Below, in pieces: positions 9,660 through 21,100 of a DNA stretch of 64,000 nucleotides (position 1 is the stretch's first letter; each line of letters begins with the position of its first letter). The DNA is taken from NCBI GenBank assembly GCA_964270895.1, contig OZ185450.1. One strand, 5' to 3'. Under the pieces are notes generated by a model. The model worked only from the letters and a program-made list of their open reading frames with translations. It did not search any database and was not told where the DNA came from. The position numbers and the translations under genes are program-made. Origin of the DNA: Podarcis filfolensis. Taxonomy: Eukaryota.

Positions 9660-12000
9660 AGAACATCAGAAGAGAATTCTTGCATCAGACCAAAGGTCTA
9701 CTTGGTCCTGCATCCTATTTCCCACAGTGGCATATGGGAAGATCACAAGCAAGACATGAGCATCACAGTGTTTTCTTGATGCTATTCCCAAAGCAACTGC
9801 AATGCAGATACATGCACCCTCTGATACTGGAGGTTGTATATAGCCATCCTGGATAGACTTTGATAGCCCTGTCTTTCATAAATTTGTCTAATTCCCTTTT
9901 AAAGTGAAGTTGGTGGCCATTACTATATATTGTGAAAGTTAATTCCATAGTTTAACAATGTGCTGAAAGAAGAACTACTTGCAGTGCATAGTTCTATCAA
10001 TTTCTCCAGTTTCCATGATGTTCTCCTTTGAAAACCAAGCTCTTCAACTGCCTCACTTAGGCTCAGAGGCTTCTGGCATTAGTATATAAAACAACAATAC
10101 AGGTCCCTTTTCCACTGTCTATGGCACCTTTGTTTCCCCCTTTGGCTTCTTTGACTGGCTATCATATCTGTTGGAAGTAGGGATGCAACACAGCTTGCAG
10201 TAAAGAGTTTGCATAGGGTTAAGACAGATAAGAGTAAACCACCTCCAGATCCCTCAACTGTCTCTTTCCCTTTGATCTCTATGCTGACCCATCCTTTGAT
10301 CTTAAGACTGATATTCTCAAGTTGCATCCTCTCTAACTTCTGCTTCCCCTTCCTCACTTCTCTAGGACCTCAAGCTGCAAGGCCATCTTGGAACTATCTC
10401 TTCAGGGAACAAAGGGGAAAACATGGCCATCTTTGTTTTCTTCATCTTAGGTTAGTTTAAAACTAAAAATGTTATATTATCCAAGTTGCATATTGCTTAT
10501 AATAAACAATTTATTTTCCATCAACAGATTTCTTGTGTTGATTGCAAAAGGAAATCCTACTTTCTAAGCAGATCCACAACTCTGCGTATCATTTTCAAAA
10601 ATATCCTACTGCACCTTCACAGTCTATCCTGCCCCCATTTTCATCCTCACCCCTTATGGATGGTTTCTTCCAAACTGGACACTCCCCAGCTCATTGGCTT
10701 TCCCCTAGGAGACAGTTTAAAAGCCTCCCTGTCATATTTTTGGTATTGAACACCAGCAGTCTGGTTCTATTTCAGTTCAAGTGGAGCTTCTATTCAGTAT
10801 GTCCCTAAACATTCTCCAGTGCCTAACCAATCAAACTCCTCCTCTTGACACCACCATTCTCATCTGCACATTAAGACCCTTCAGCTCCACCTGTTTAGCT
10901 GATCCAGAGTGTGGAAGAGGTAGCTTTTCTGAAAAAAACAGCTTGAACATGATAGATTCAAATTTCCTACCTAGCAACCTAAATTTTGTTTCCAAGGCTG
11001 CATAACTGCATTTCCCTATGTTGTTGGCACAAAAACTGCCAAGACTCCTCCCCAGCACTACCCAGATGAAGTGTGAGATCTGCTTTCCTTACACTAGGCA
11101 GGCAACCTGCTACATACATCTTCCATACTGGATTAGCAGTCTGATATCTGACAATAAAAATGGTTCCTTCCATCTCAGCTTCTGATAAATTCACTTTGGT
11201 TAAATAAACTAAAGGGCAATATCTCAAAAATGCATGGCCCAACAAAGGTATTATGCTATTATTGATTTTGGGAAATGCATTTGAGTTAAACCACACAGTT
11301 GTGTGCAACTCTAAAGTTTTGACGAAAGCCTATTGGACCACTTTCACTGGATAGTTGCTAAACCTGTATGAAAATTGGTGAGAATTCTATCCAGCCCTGT
11401 AATCTTCTTACAGAGCAGCCCTCTGATCTGGACAATATAATTCCCTAACACAACTGTGCTACATGTAGTGAGATGCTCCTGTTCCTGTAGCAAAAGGAAA
11501 AAAAAGAAGGAGGGAGGGAGCTGAGAGGACTGACAGCCTATATGGGCAGCCTAGGCATATGGTGAGGTATCAAGAGGAAGGGGCCAAGAGGGGCCCAGCT
11601 TCGCTGGAGGCCAGTTTTACTACATTTCACCAAGTCCCATTTTGAGAAGTCTGAGATGTTTGTGTGAATATAATCAAGGCAATTTGGTGGCCCAAATTCT
11701 GTTTTGCTCTTGTTTATTTTCAGGTTTAGGGAAGCTTTTTGATCAAAAGACTTCAACCAGGTTATGACTTGATTATGAGGAGATATTTGGTGTGGACCCT
11801 CTTTGCAAGCTAGGTGGGTTCTAATCCATGCCCATGGACTGCAGTGTCCCTGCATCCACTGAGCTCCCAGGAACAATGCTGATGACTTGCCAAATGCCCT
11901 ACATGTGGTATCTGTGGGCTCCATTCCACAAATCATCTAATAACAGTGGAGCTCCCTATGTTTCACTTTCACACAGATCCTGAGGTATTCTGTTCTGAAG
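9660..12000 (-). mobile_element. Old CR1 LINE, heavily decayed ORF2 and 3' region
   Basis: CR1-like 3' region near 9660-9960. Minus-strand endonuclease remnants TVVLGNY (cf. VVMGDFN) and GLDRILTN (cf. ILDLILTN) near 11370-11455. Boundaries approximate. Confidence 0.7.
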
Positions 12001-12689
12001 AAACTTCCTGAGGAAGTGACCCACTCAGGTTTAGGATTGCTGGGGCAGCCACACTAAAGCTGTTTGGTGCAGAGGGTGTGAAGAAGAAACAAGAAAGCAG
12101 AACTTGGGATATATTCTGATGACTTACCAATAGCAGGAGCACTGAATGCTAAATGTAGCTGAAGAGACTCGCTTGGCAGGGACAACAAGGCTGAGCTGGA
12201 ATGGAGCCACACATGTGATTCTCCCTTCCTTTGTTTTGGTCCCTGAAAGGTTTATCCATCAATAGCAAAGTGTTCGCCAAAAAGCTGTACTCCTTGGTAA
12301 TAAATTTTCCTTTCACCCTCCATAAAAAATAGTGTTTCAGTCCTCCTTGTACCCCAAAATATTCTTTTTTTATTGCAAACTGACAAGACCTGAGGTGGAT
12401 GCTCTTCTTTTGGTTGGCTGAGGGGATCCCTGCAGTTCTTGTGCCACAAAGGGGATTCAAACATTGCCTAACAGATGATGGAACCCCTCCATGTTGCCTC
12501 CGTTTGTAAAAGTTTGTGATTTATCCACATCAATAATATTGGGGCAGTTCCCCCTTGAACAGAGGAGTTGGAGAAGAGAAATCACAGATACTGAACACAG
12601 AGATCAACAGAGGGTAAGAATCTACAGGTTTTTTGAGGGAGCAACCTATAGGGGCAACCCAACTAGATGGGCAGGGTATAAATAATAAA

Positions 12690-12728
<39 letters not shown>
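12690..12728. repeat. (ATT)13 microsatellite
   Basis: Direct reading. Confidence 0.95.
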
Positions 12729-12730
<2 letters not shown>

Positions 12731-13049
12731 AGCCCATTTGTTAATAAGGTGTCTGGGCAGCCCTCAGGGGAAAGTTGTGCTGTTCATTACTTTGCAAGTT
12801 AAAAAGACTTTTCCATACTCCTTTTACCATCACTTCCCACATGGCAAAGAATACAACTTACATAGCACTGGGGAATTCTGATACCCCAAGAACAGAAGTG
12901 CAACCCTGAGGAGAACGCACAGGGTTATGCGCAACACAACAGCAAAACAGGCGATTGTCCTGAGAGTGTTGTCTTGGCTTTATTTTGGACCAGGCTGGGT
13001 GTCCCTGGCATTGCAAGGTGTTCTAGGCTTTTCAGTCAAGGCAAGCAGA

Positions 13050-14170
13050 ACTCAATAGCCAGCAGGTGCGCGGCTGTACAGCTGAGCCTCAAACAGCCGC
13101 TTCCTGTGTGTAGATATTTGTCCTGGTTACTCCGAAATGCTTGGAGGGGGCACGTGGGACCCTTAAAAAGTATCAGATACATAAAAACGAACACGGTGTG
13201 TGCAAAGCAGGCCCTGCCTGGGGCTGAGAGGGAGCCTGCCAGGCCCAACTCTCCCGCCCTCGGAAGAGAGACGATAGACGGCGCCGCGGTGCTCGGAATG
13301 AAGCGCGGCCCTTTTCTTCGATGGGGCTTCCTCCTCGCAGGGTAAGCGAGCGAGCCGGCGCCCGATGGAGCCCCTTCGCCAGGCCCTCAGGACCCCGCTC
13401 CGGAAGCGCCACGAGGGAAGGTTGCGGCGGCGGGAAACTGGCGGGACGGAGCACAGGAAGCCGAAGGCAACTGAGCCGCAGGCCGAGGCTGCAGCTCGCC
13501 AAGAGGCCTGGCCTTGAGGGACGCTGAGGCGGCGGATAGAGATACTTGGAATCTCCCACGCCGCTAGGAGGAGCACCGCCGGGCTGTGAAAGTGGGCACT
13601 GGGCCCCGGTGTGTGGGGCGACTCTTAGCCGGGGGGGGGGGGCGGCTTCAGAGCCTAAGCCAAAAGCCAGGACAAAGGGGCCTCATTCGGCCCGCTCAGC
13701 GCCCTGTTCTCACAGTGGTCCGTCAGACGCCTCTGGGAAGCCCGTCACTCGTGAGTGGGGTGTAGGCCTCCCCTTAGTCCCAAACCCCACGAACCCCAGG
13801 GAGGGAGGGAGGGCAGCAGGAGTCTCGGACGGGCGGAGGCGAGCCTCTTTCTCCTCGTGCAGCACTCATTCATTCATTTTTCCCCCTTTAACCACAGGAG
13901 AGCGTGTCGCCGCCGCCCATCGGGTGGGCGCGCGTGTGCACCAGGTAGCTATGAGAAACGGCGGGCAGGGAATTGCGCTGGGGGACGCCAGGTATCCGGC
14001 TAGCGCCTTGCAGGTAAGGCTTTTAAAAAGGTAAGGCGGAGCTCTAAACTCTGGGGAAGGTGGAGCCTTCCTTTATTGCATGGGGCGATCGACAGCAACC
14101 CTTGAAACCGCGCTGACTTTCGCGGGCCCCCTTGGCTGAACTGGCTAGGGTCGATGGCGTCGGGCGACAT
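13050..14170. promoter_or_regulatory. Upstream CpG island, candidate alternative promoter
   Basis: High GC and CpG density relative to the flanks. E-box CACGTG at 13151-13156, ETS-like CCGGAAG near 13400, GC boxes and + strand splice signals. Confidence 0.75.
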
Positions 14171-14179
14171 CCGGAATAT

Positions 14180-14397
14180 AGGAAACTGCCTTGTACTGAG
14201 TCAGAATCATTGGGTCAGCTAGCTCAGTTTTGTCTACACATACTGGCAGCACCTCTGCAAGGTAATGGGGCGGACCAGGGTAATATGGCGTGCTGAGGAA
14301 GAACAAAATTTGGCACCTCCCCCTCCAAGTATTTCTTATTTTCACAATAATTCATTTTGATACAGCTGCTTTTTAATAGATCTTCTCAGAAGATACC

Positions 14398-14435
<38 letters not shown>

Positions 14436-14580
14436 GCCCCCTCAACTTAGCACCCTGTGTGGGTGAACTGCCCTAAATCTGGCGTTTTAGGTAATGTCCC
14501 CCAGCCCTACCTGGAGATGCTGCTGGGGCTTCTATGTACAAGCCAGATGCTCCACCACTGAGCTACTTCTCTTCCTTAGG
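14180..14580 (-). mobile_element. tRNA-derived squamate SINE (Squam3-like), split by an inserted MITE-like segment containing (ATT)12
   Basis: 5' half (rc GTAGCTCAGTGGTGGAGCATCTG...CATCTCCAGGTAGGGCTGGG) at about 14495-14580 and 3' half at about 14180-14262, homologous to the SINE at 43781. (ATT)12 at 14399-14434. Confidence 0.7.
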
Positions 14581-16352
14581 GCCACGGGCTCCCCTGCCCT
14601 GCCTTAAAAGGAGGGCAAGCATTGAGCAGCAAGGGAAAGTGAAATTGAGGAGGGAGGCAGGAAGGAGCCTTTTGGACTGCCTGGCTCTGTGTCTTTCTTA
14701 TGGCATGATCTTTGGCATCACTCTTCCTCAGTTTCCTGCTGGGCAAGATGAATAGTGATTCCTTGTCCTGGAGAATGTAGTAGGCAGAAGAGAAAGCACT
14801 GGCTATGGTCAGAGGATACTTTACAGCCCTCTGACCTCTGGATCTTATTAAAGATCCAGATGACTTTTTGCTTTTAGAACAGGCTCTTTGCCTAGGCTGA
14901 AGTGAGGGCCACTGATGGGGAAATGCTGAATATAGGCAGACTCTGTTGTGGCTTGAAGATGGGGCTCAGCTCAAATGCTGCTTTGCACACCAGATGCATA
15001 GGTTGCAGGGCTGAGCCAGGAATTCTGGTGCTGCTGGGAAATGGTGCATGGGTGTTCTTGTGTCCTTGGAGCAAGTGTATGCCCAGCCCTAAGAAAGGGC
15101 AAGCATTTGCAGAATATGTACTTTTCCTCTGGTCTTAGTCAGCAGACAGGCTTGTAAGGCTTGCTTGGACAGTCCCATCCTAGAACATTGTACTGTGGCT
15201 AGAAATGTTTGACCTGAAATACATCTCTAGGGCCAAGTGCCTTTGATTCACTAACTGGTAACACTCAATTAGTGAGTTTGAGGCAGCTCCGTGTGCAGCT
15301 TGCCAGGATTCAAGGCATGAAGACTGGATGTGTCTCAAGGGGTTGGTGGGCAGGGAGACAAGAAACAGCCCATTCAAAGGTTAAGTCTATTTAGAGTGGC
15401 AAGACACTATTAGAAAAATTGTGATGATTGGTCAGGAAAGGATGCGTGGCCATCATGGTGCTGTGAAGAGTGTACTTAATGGCAGAGCAATTCTCGATGC
15501 ACCAACACATCTCCAGTGTAAGATAAGCTATATTCTAGCTGTTCCTGGCCAGAGGGTGGAATGGAGACAGTATAAATCTTTATTTTTTGCCTCTCCTATA
15601 GGGTGAATTTAAGATACATTTGCGTTTTCAGGTGGTGTACACCAAGACTGTGTACACATTACCAGCTTAAAATGCAGCTAGGTTATTTTCCCCCCAATTT
15701 GGGTCGAAGCTGGTTTTGGGAAAAGTACATCAAAATGCCGCATGTCATAGAAAACTACAGGAAACATGCAGGATGGACAGGGACCATGTCTAATGTGTGG
15801 ACACCACTTCCAAAAGCAGTGGTTGGTGCGCACCAGATGCAGAGTGAACAGGAATATGTACACAACCCTGGTTCTGCGGGTAAGACAAGTGAATGAAGAG
15901 AGTTAGGATGCAGGGCAACTTTGTTCATTCCTCTCCCTGCCCTCTACATGTCCATTCCCTCCATTGCCCTCTTGACATATCTCATTTTTTGCCCCCAGCA
16001 TCAGAACAACAGCAACCAGCAGGGGTTTTCTTTCAGTTGATGTAAGCAGATATGGTGGGTTAAGCCATTTATGTTGGCTCATGCCCAACTCACCAAGAGA
16101 TGGGAATATATGCTACATCCTGACCTCTCCCAACTGGAATATCTGGGGGTTGGGATTGCACTGTTAGCTTTTGGATGAGAGGTTCTGCTTCTGTGGCTGG
16201 TGCCAGGATACATTTTAAGGATGTTAAGCTGCTGCTGTGCATGTACAACAGCGCATACAATGGGGGCCACTTCAAGCATGGGGACCCATTTCTTTAGTTT
16301 TTGTAAAAGCATGCAATAGTGGCAATAGTGGCAATAGTGGGGCTGTTGTGAC

Positions 16353-16488
16353 CATAGCTGTCAACCTTCCCTTTCTTTGCGGGAAATTTCCCGCTGCTAT
16401 CCCGGATTGTTAGATATCCCGTAGACTGTCCCTGGGACAGGTGAGGCTGCTGATCCCTTATTTTCAAATCTGAAAGTTGACAGCTATG
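16353..16488. mobile_element. hAT-family MITE, 136 bp, perfect 8-bp TSD
   Basis: TIR CATAGCTGTCAAC / GTTGACAGCTATG; TSD GTTGTGAC at 16345-16352 and 16489-16496. Confidence 0.95.
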
Positions 16489-16658
16489 GTTGTGACCCAC
16501 CTTAGATCAGGCAACATCCTAGTAGTGGCTCCTGACCCACCAGTTGAAGACGTAGTGGCCTCCAAGGGCACTTTCAATTCTGTGATTCCAGAATTCATAT
16601 ATTTAAGAACATGGGTAAGGCAGACTTCAGACTTGATTATATATATGTGTTTGTGTGC

Positions 16659-16768
16659 GCTGAAACAAAGAAAGCTTGGGGGAGAACCAGTATACTAGTG
16701 TATACACACACACACACACACACTCTTACTAGTATACTGGTTCTCCCTCAAGCTTTCTTTGTCTCAGC
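16659..16768. repeat. 41-bp inverted repeat around a (CA)n-containing 28-nt loop
   Basis: Arms 16659-16699 and 16728-16768 are complementary at 39 of 41 positions. Confidence 0.95.
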
Positions 16769-17229
16769 AATATTATTATTGTATTTTATAAAGCCTTTTT
16801 GTTGTTGCTTTTCTTAACCGGTTGGTAGTCAGAAACCACTTGGATCCAGGAGATCTACCTTCAGCCCACCCCTGTGTTAAAATGTACACAGCATTGCAAC
16901 AGATGTCTCTCACAACCATCCAGGCTCTGATCTAGCTTAGGTTTGGCACAGGGGTCTTCCTGATGAATTGGAGGTAGCTCCTCAGCGCTGTGGGCTTGTG
17001 AGCACTGCAGGAGCTGCAGAGTCGCTGGGGAAATCCTTGGGTGTAACTGAATTGCCTCTGTGGGGCAGGGAAGTGCCTTCCAGTGCCCCTCTCCTAGAGC
17101 AAAGGGAAGAGAGCCGAGGTGCACCCAGTAGGCAGCTCTTTGCCAGCGATGCAAACCCCCTTCCCCGTGCATGTTCGCTTGGAGCAATTCCAAGCCCTAG
17201 GTCAGCCTGTCCACAGGATAAGAGCCTTT

Positions 17230-18140
17230 GAGCCAGTCCGGACAGAGGCTGGGCGCCGGGATGACCTCTTGCCACTGCCCGCTGGAAGCGGAAACTGCCT
17301 GGCGTGGTAGCGCCGACTTGGTGGCTTAGGAGCGTCCAGGTGAGGAGGGCTGTGGCGTGCGCCTCGGCTCGGGCTGCCCTCCTCCGGGCATTCCTCGGGG
17401 TGGTCTTCGGAAGGGCGCGGGAGAGCGGGCGGGCAGGCAGCGCGCGCCCAGCCCCGGGAAGGCACCTGCCCGCGAGCGCACCTGCCCCTGCCTGGCCGGA
17501 GGTTAGCGCTGGAGGAGAGCGAGGGAGGCGTCCCCTTCCCTCTCGCCTCCCCCCGCGGCCTGTGTGGGCGGGGATGTGGGAGCCCGCCCCGCTCCTCCCT
17601 TCCTGCGCGCTCGCTCCTCGCTGGCTCGCCGGCTGACAGTAGCAGCAGCTGGGCGCAGCGCTAGGCGGGCAGGCGAGCGAGCAGGAGGGCAGGCGAGCGC
17701 GGAGCATCCGACGACGGGGGAAGCTGGCGAGGGCCGGCCAGGGACACGGGCAGCGGCAGAGGCAGGGCGCCCGCCCGCCCGCGGCACCGGCCCCCCTGGA
17801 TGGCATGTGGCTGGTCACTTCTTGCCTCCTGCTGCTCAACTCCTGGACCAGCCCAGGTAGGCGAGGGCGGCGGCGGCGGCGCCCCGTCGGGTCGGGAACT
17901 TTTCTAGCGGAGCCACTCCGGAATGCCCGGCGGCTCCCCAACGCCACTTGCGCCCGGCTCCAGGGAGCTCTTCCTCCCGGTCAGCCCCTCGCACTTTCTG
18001 ACTCTTTCGCTGTGGAAGCGTCCTTCGGCTTCGGGGAAGAGGGTGCTTCCTGACCTGCCAGCGACGGAGGGGGCACCCTACATTGGCGCCCCCCTCCCGT
18101 CGCCGGTGCTTGGGCTAGTTCGGACTTGCACTTTGGTCTG
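17230..18140 (+). promoter_or_regulatory. DSCAML1: DSCAML1 CpG-island promoter, 5' UTR and start of intron 1
   Basis: Very high GC/CpG and GC boxes (GGGCGGG about 17565, CCCGCCCC about 17583) surround coding exon 1. TSS not determinable from sequence. Confidence 0.85.
17805..17856 (+). CDS. DSCAML1: DS cell adhesion molecule-like 1, coding exon 1 (signal peptide MWLVTSCLLLLNSWTSP-A)
   Basis: MWLVT start matches vertebrate DSCAML1. Donor CAG|GTAGGC, phase 1, joins exon 2 in frame. Confidence 0.93.
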
Positions 18141-21100
18141 CTTTTGACCAGTGTGTAGGTCCTCTTTCCCCAAAGGTGCTTGGTGGGTTTTGTGGAAAAC
18201 GATCCTAATGTGACCCAGAACTCTAGGGTTTTTTTGTTTTTGCACGGGGAGTTCTCAGATTTGTCAGAGCTGCTATGCTGCTAGCTCTGTCCCCCCCCCA
18301 TCTTGAGGTGGGGATGGCCTATATTTTGCTTTGCTTTGTGTGTCCCTCCCCCCCCCACATTCCCCCAAATATGTGTGTGTGTGTGCATGTGTGTGTAGGG
18401 CACCCCTTCTGCCAAGCTCTCCCAGAAGAAGCATCAACCCTGGGGAATGTTGGTGTTGTCTGCTTTTGGGTTTCTGTTCTGGTGGATGTGAATTTTGGGT
18501 TAGCAGGGGCTGTGCCCGGGAGCCTGGCACAGGCTGGGCAGGCAGAGAGCAAGTCTGGATCCCTGAGCTGGCAATTATTGCCATTAACTCTTTGTAGCCT
18601 CTGAAATTCATTCATCAGGGAAATTAAAAATAACGCACCCCCGCCTCTCCTCAGCCCATCTCTGCAGAAATGTATTTAATTACGTGAATGTTGAATAGAT
18701 ACCAAGGCAGCATCTCCCTGTGTGTTCGAGCAAGAATTCCAAGGCTTAAAGCTGCCAGCGATACTTTTAGAGCTTTGTTCTTCTGTCCCCAGTTGTCAAA
18801 GTCAACGTTGAGCCATATTCTAATCCCATAAGATAGTTCAAACCCTGATATGCCTTTAAAATAACAGCCTCCCCTCTAGGAGTGCTTTAATAAATCTAGC
18901 CCAGCAGTTGGAAAGGAATCAGATTCGGAAAAGGGGGGATATGAGCCAATTCAGTTGTCAGGGCAATGCAATTCTTTAAGAAGCAAGGTTCAGTTTGGAA
19001 CTGGAAGCTGGGGTTTGGGGGTCTTCTGTACAGAAATTGGGCCCCGACTAATGAAGCCATTGTAACCAGAAGGCAATTGGATGTTGCATCGGATGAAATT
19101 ACAACCCGGTTTAGTGTAATCGATCTGTGTTGCATAAAAGGATGGGCAATTTGCAGCTTCTGCCATCTGTTTGGTGCACAATCCACAAGAACAATCATGC
19201 AAGCGCTGCAATTTGGGGGGTGCCTGCCTGCCTGCCTGCCTTCCCTTTCACAGGTTCCACTGTGAGATTTTATCCTGTCATGCCTTGTGAGCAAAGCAAA
19301 GTGTCTCTCCTTCTTTTGGCTCCAATCAGACAGACTGTTAAGAGAGCAACATACAGAAATTGGGTGGTTGCTGTAGAATGAATACCTATTTGTTTGTTTT
19401 AGCACATTTTAAATGTTTTGTTTGTTTTGGGCAGAATAGTTATGTGAATACCAATTATTAATCATAAAGTAACTTTTTAATTAAAGCTAGGGCTTGTCTG
19501 TTTTTGGGGGGAGCATCCTCCCCAGATCTCTCTGTGTTGAGGTTCTGCTTGTCTCTGTCATCCATGCCAGCATCTGATTTGCCTGCATTTGCATTTTGAC
19601 TGTGCAAAAGGAAGCGGGGGGAAAACACACACAATGTGTGCTATATTCCCTTTGATTTTTTCACAGGCAAAATAATAATTGTTTGTACTAGATTGATTGA
19701 TTAGTTTCATTCCCAGTGGTTTGGGAAAGTGTCTTTGGTGGTAGCAGCTGTTCAGTCTTTGAGAAGACCAAATTGAGTCTTCCTCAACAGAATCTCGCAC
19801 AGCCTCATCCCCTTTTTGGAAGCCATGATTTTTTTTTAATGGACCCCTAACTGCTTCTTTGTTAGAAAGTGTTAAAATGGAGCAGTTCCAGAAAGTGAAT
19901 AACAATACAATAGGTTACATTATATTAGGGTGAGAAATGATATTGCTTAATGCATGAAAAGCCTTTTGGATACTTAATATATTTGGGCATCTAAGCACAA
20001 CAGTTTAATGGGCTTGTGTTGTAGAAAAGGGCTCTGTTATAACAAAAAAGCAAATAAACATTTGATCCAAGGGAACACTAAAGTTTGAGGAAAAAACCGT
20101 CAATGGGTTGGAGCCCATTTCCCAGATTTATATACAGGCGGCTAACAAGTGTATGTGGGTATCTCACTGGGCAGAGAGCTCAGTGTCACTGCTTTTACGA
20201 CTTGGGAGCAGAGGAGAGGGATGTGAGCAACTCTGCTTGCTTTGCAGACATGTCCAGTGTCATGGCTGGGTATCCATGGCTTGGCGCAGGGTGGTGGTGG
20301 GGGATGCTTGCAATTCTGTTTCCACCCCACCTCTTCCTGCTGCATCCTATTTATGTGGAGCTTTTCTCATATTAAAATCAGGCAGCTATTTAGTTCCCAT
20401 TTGCACCACTTCTGTTCCCTCCCTTGTGCCTCCCCCTCATTGTGCTTTGTTTGTCTTAGAAATTAAACATGGGATCCTCATTAAGCTGTAGAGAAAGGGC
20501 TGGTTTGACATGTTCCAGGTTCTGCTAAATAGCAGCGGCATTGGAAGCTAACGGATGGGGGGCAGGGGAAGTTGCCCACCCCTGCATGATGGCTAAGCCT
20601 TGATGACCCATTGCCTGGGGTCCTCCAAACCCCAAGTTGGCTGCCAAGCAGCATACCTTTAAAATCTAGGGGGTGCTGCCCCCATTATCTATCTCGGCTG
20701 GAGCTTTTGGCGCTCTTGAGAGCAAGCTGGGCACAACTTGGCTCCAGGCTTGGTGATGGAATTTAGTGACACGTAGCCATCTCTCCCCCCTCCGGTGTTA
20801 ACTGCACCGGTGAGAGTGGGCAGAATTTCATATTTGTTTCGTAAGCACCCTCCATACCCTTCTCTTGTCATTATCTTCCCCCTGCTAGGCTGGCATTGGA
20901 GGGGCTGCCTGAGCCCCCCTGTCTCATTCCCAGCAGCGGAGGAGCTCTGTGAGAGAGGGAGAGCTGAGGCGTCTCTCACATTCTGTGGCTCAGATCCTCC
21001 CAACATGGCGGCCCACACGTTCTGCAATGTGCCAGGAGGTGTGATTTCTTCCCTTCTCCAAACAGCATGGACTAACCACCTGCCACTCTATACCAGAGAA

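Noticed and set aside
12974-14034. Overlapping 120-160 aa ORFs in the upstream CpG island
   Set aside because: GC-driven open frames on both strands with no recognisable homology; not FXYD-like.
16313-16339. (GCAATAGTG)3 short direct repeats (CRISPR-like or iteron-like)
   Set aside because: Plain head-to-tail minisatellite with no spacers, in a vertebrate genome.
16982-17947. 321-aa minus-strand ORF and other long ORFs across the promoter
   Set aside because: Ala/Arg/Pro/Gly-rich products typical of stop-poor CpG-island DNA; no domain recognised.
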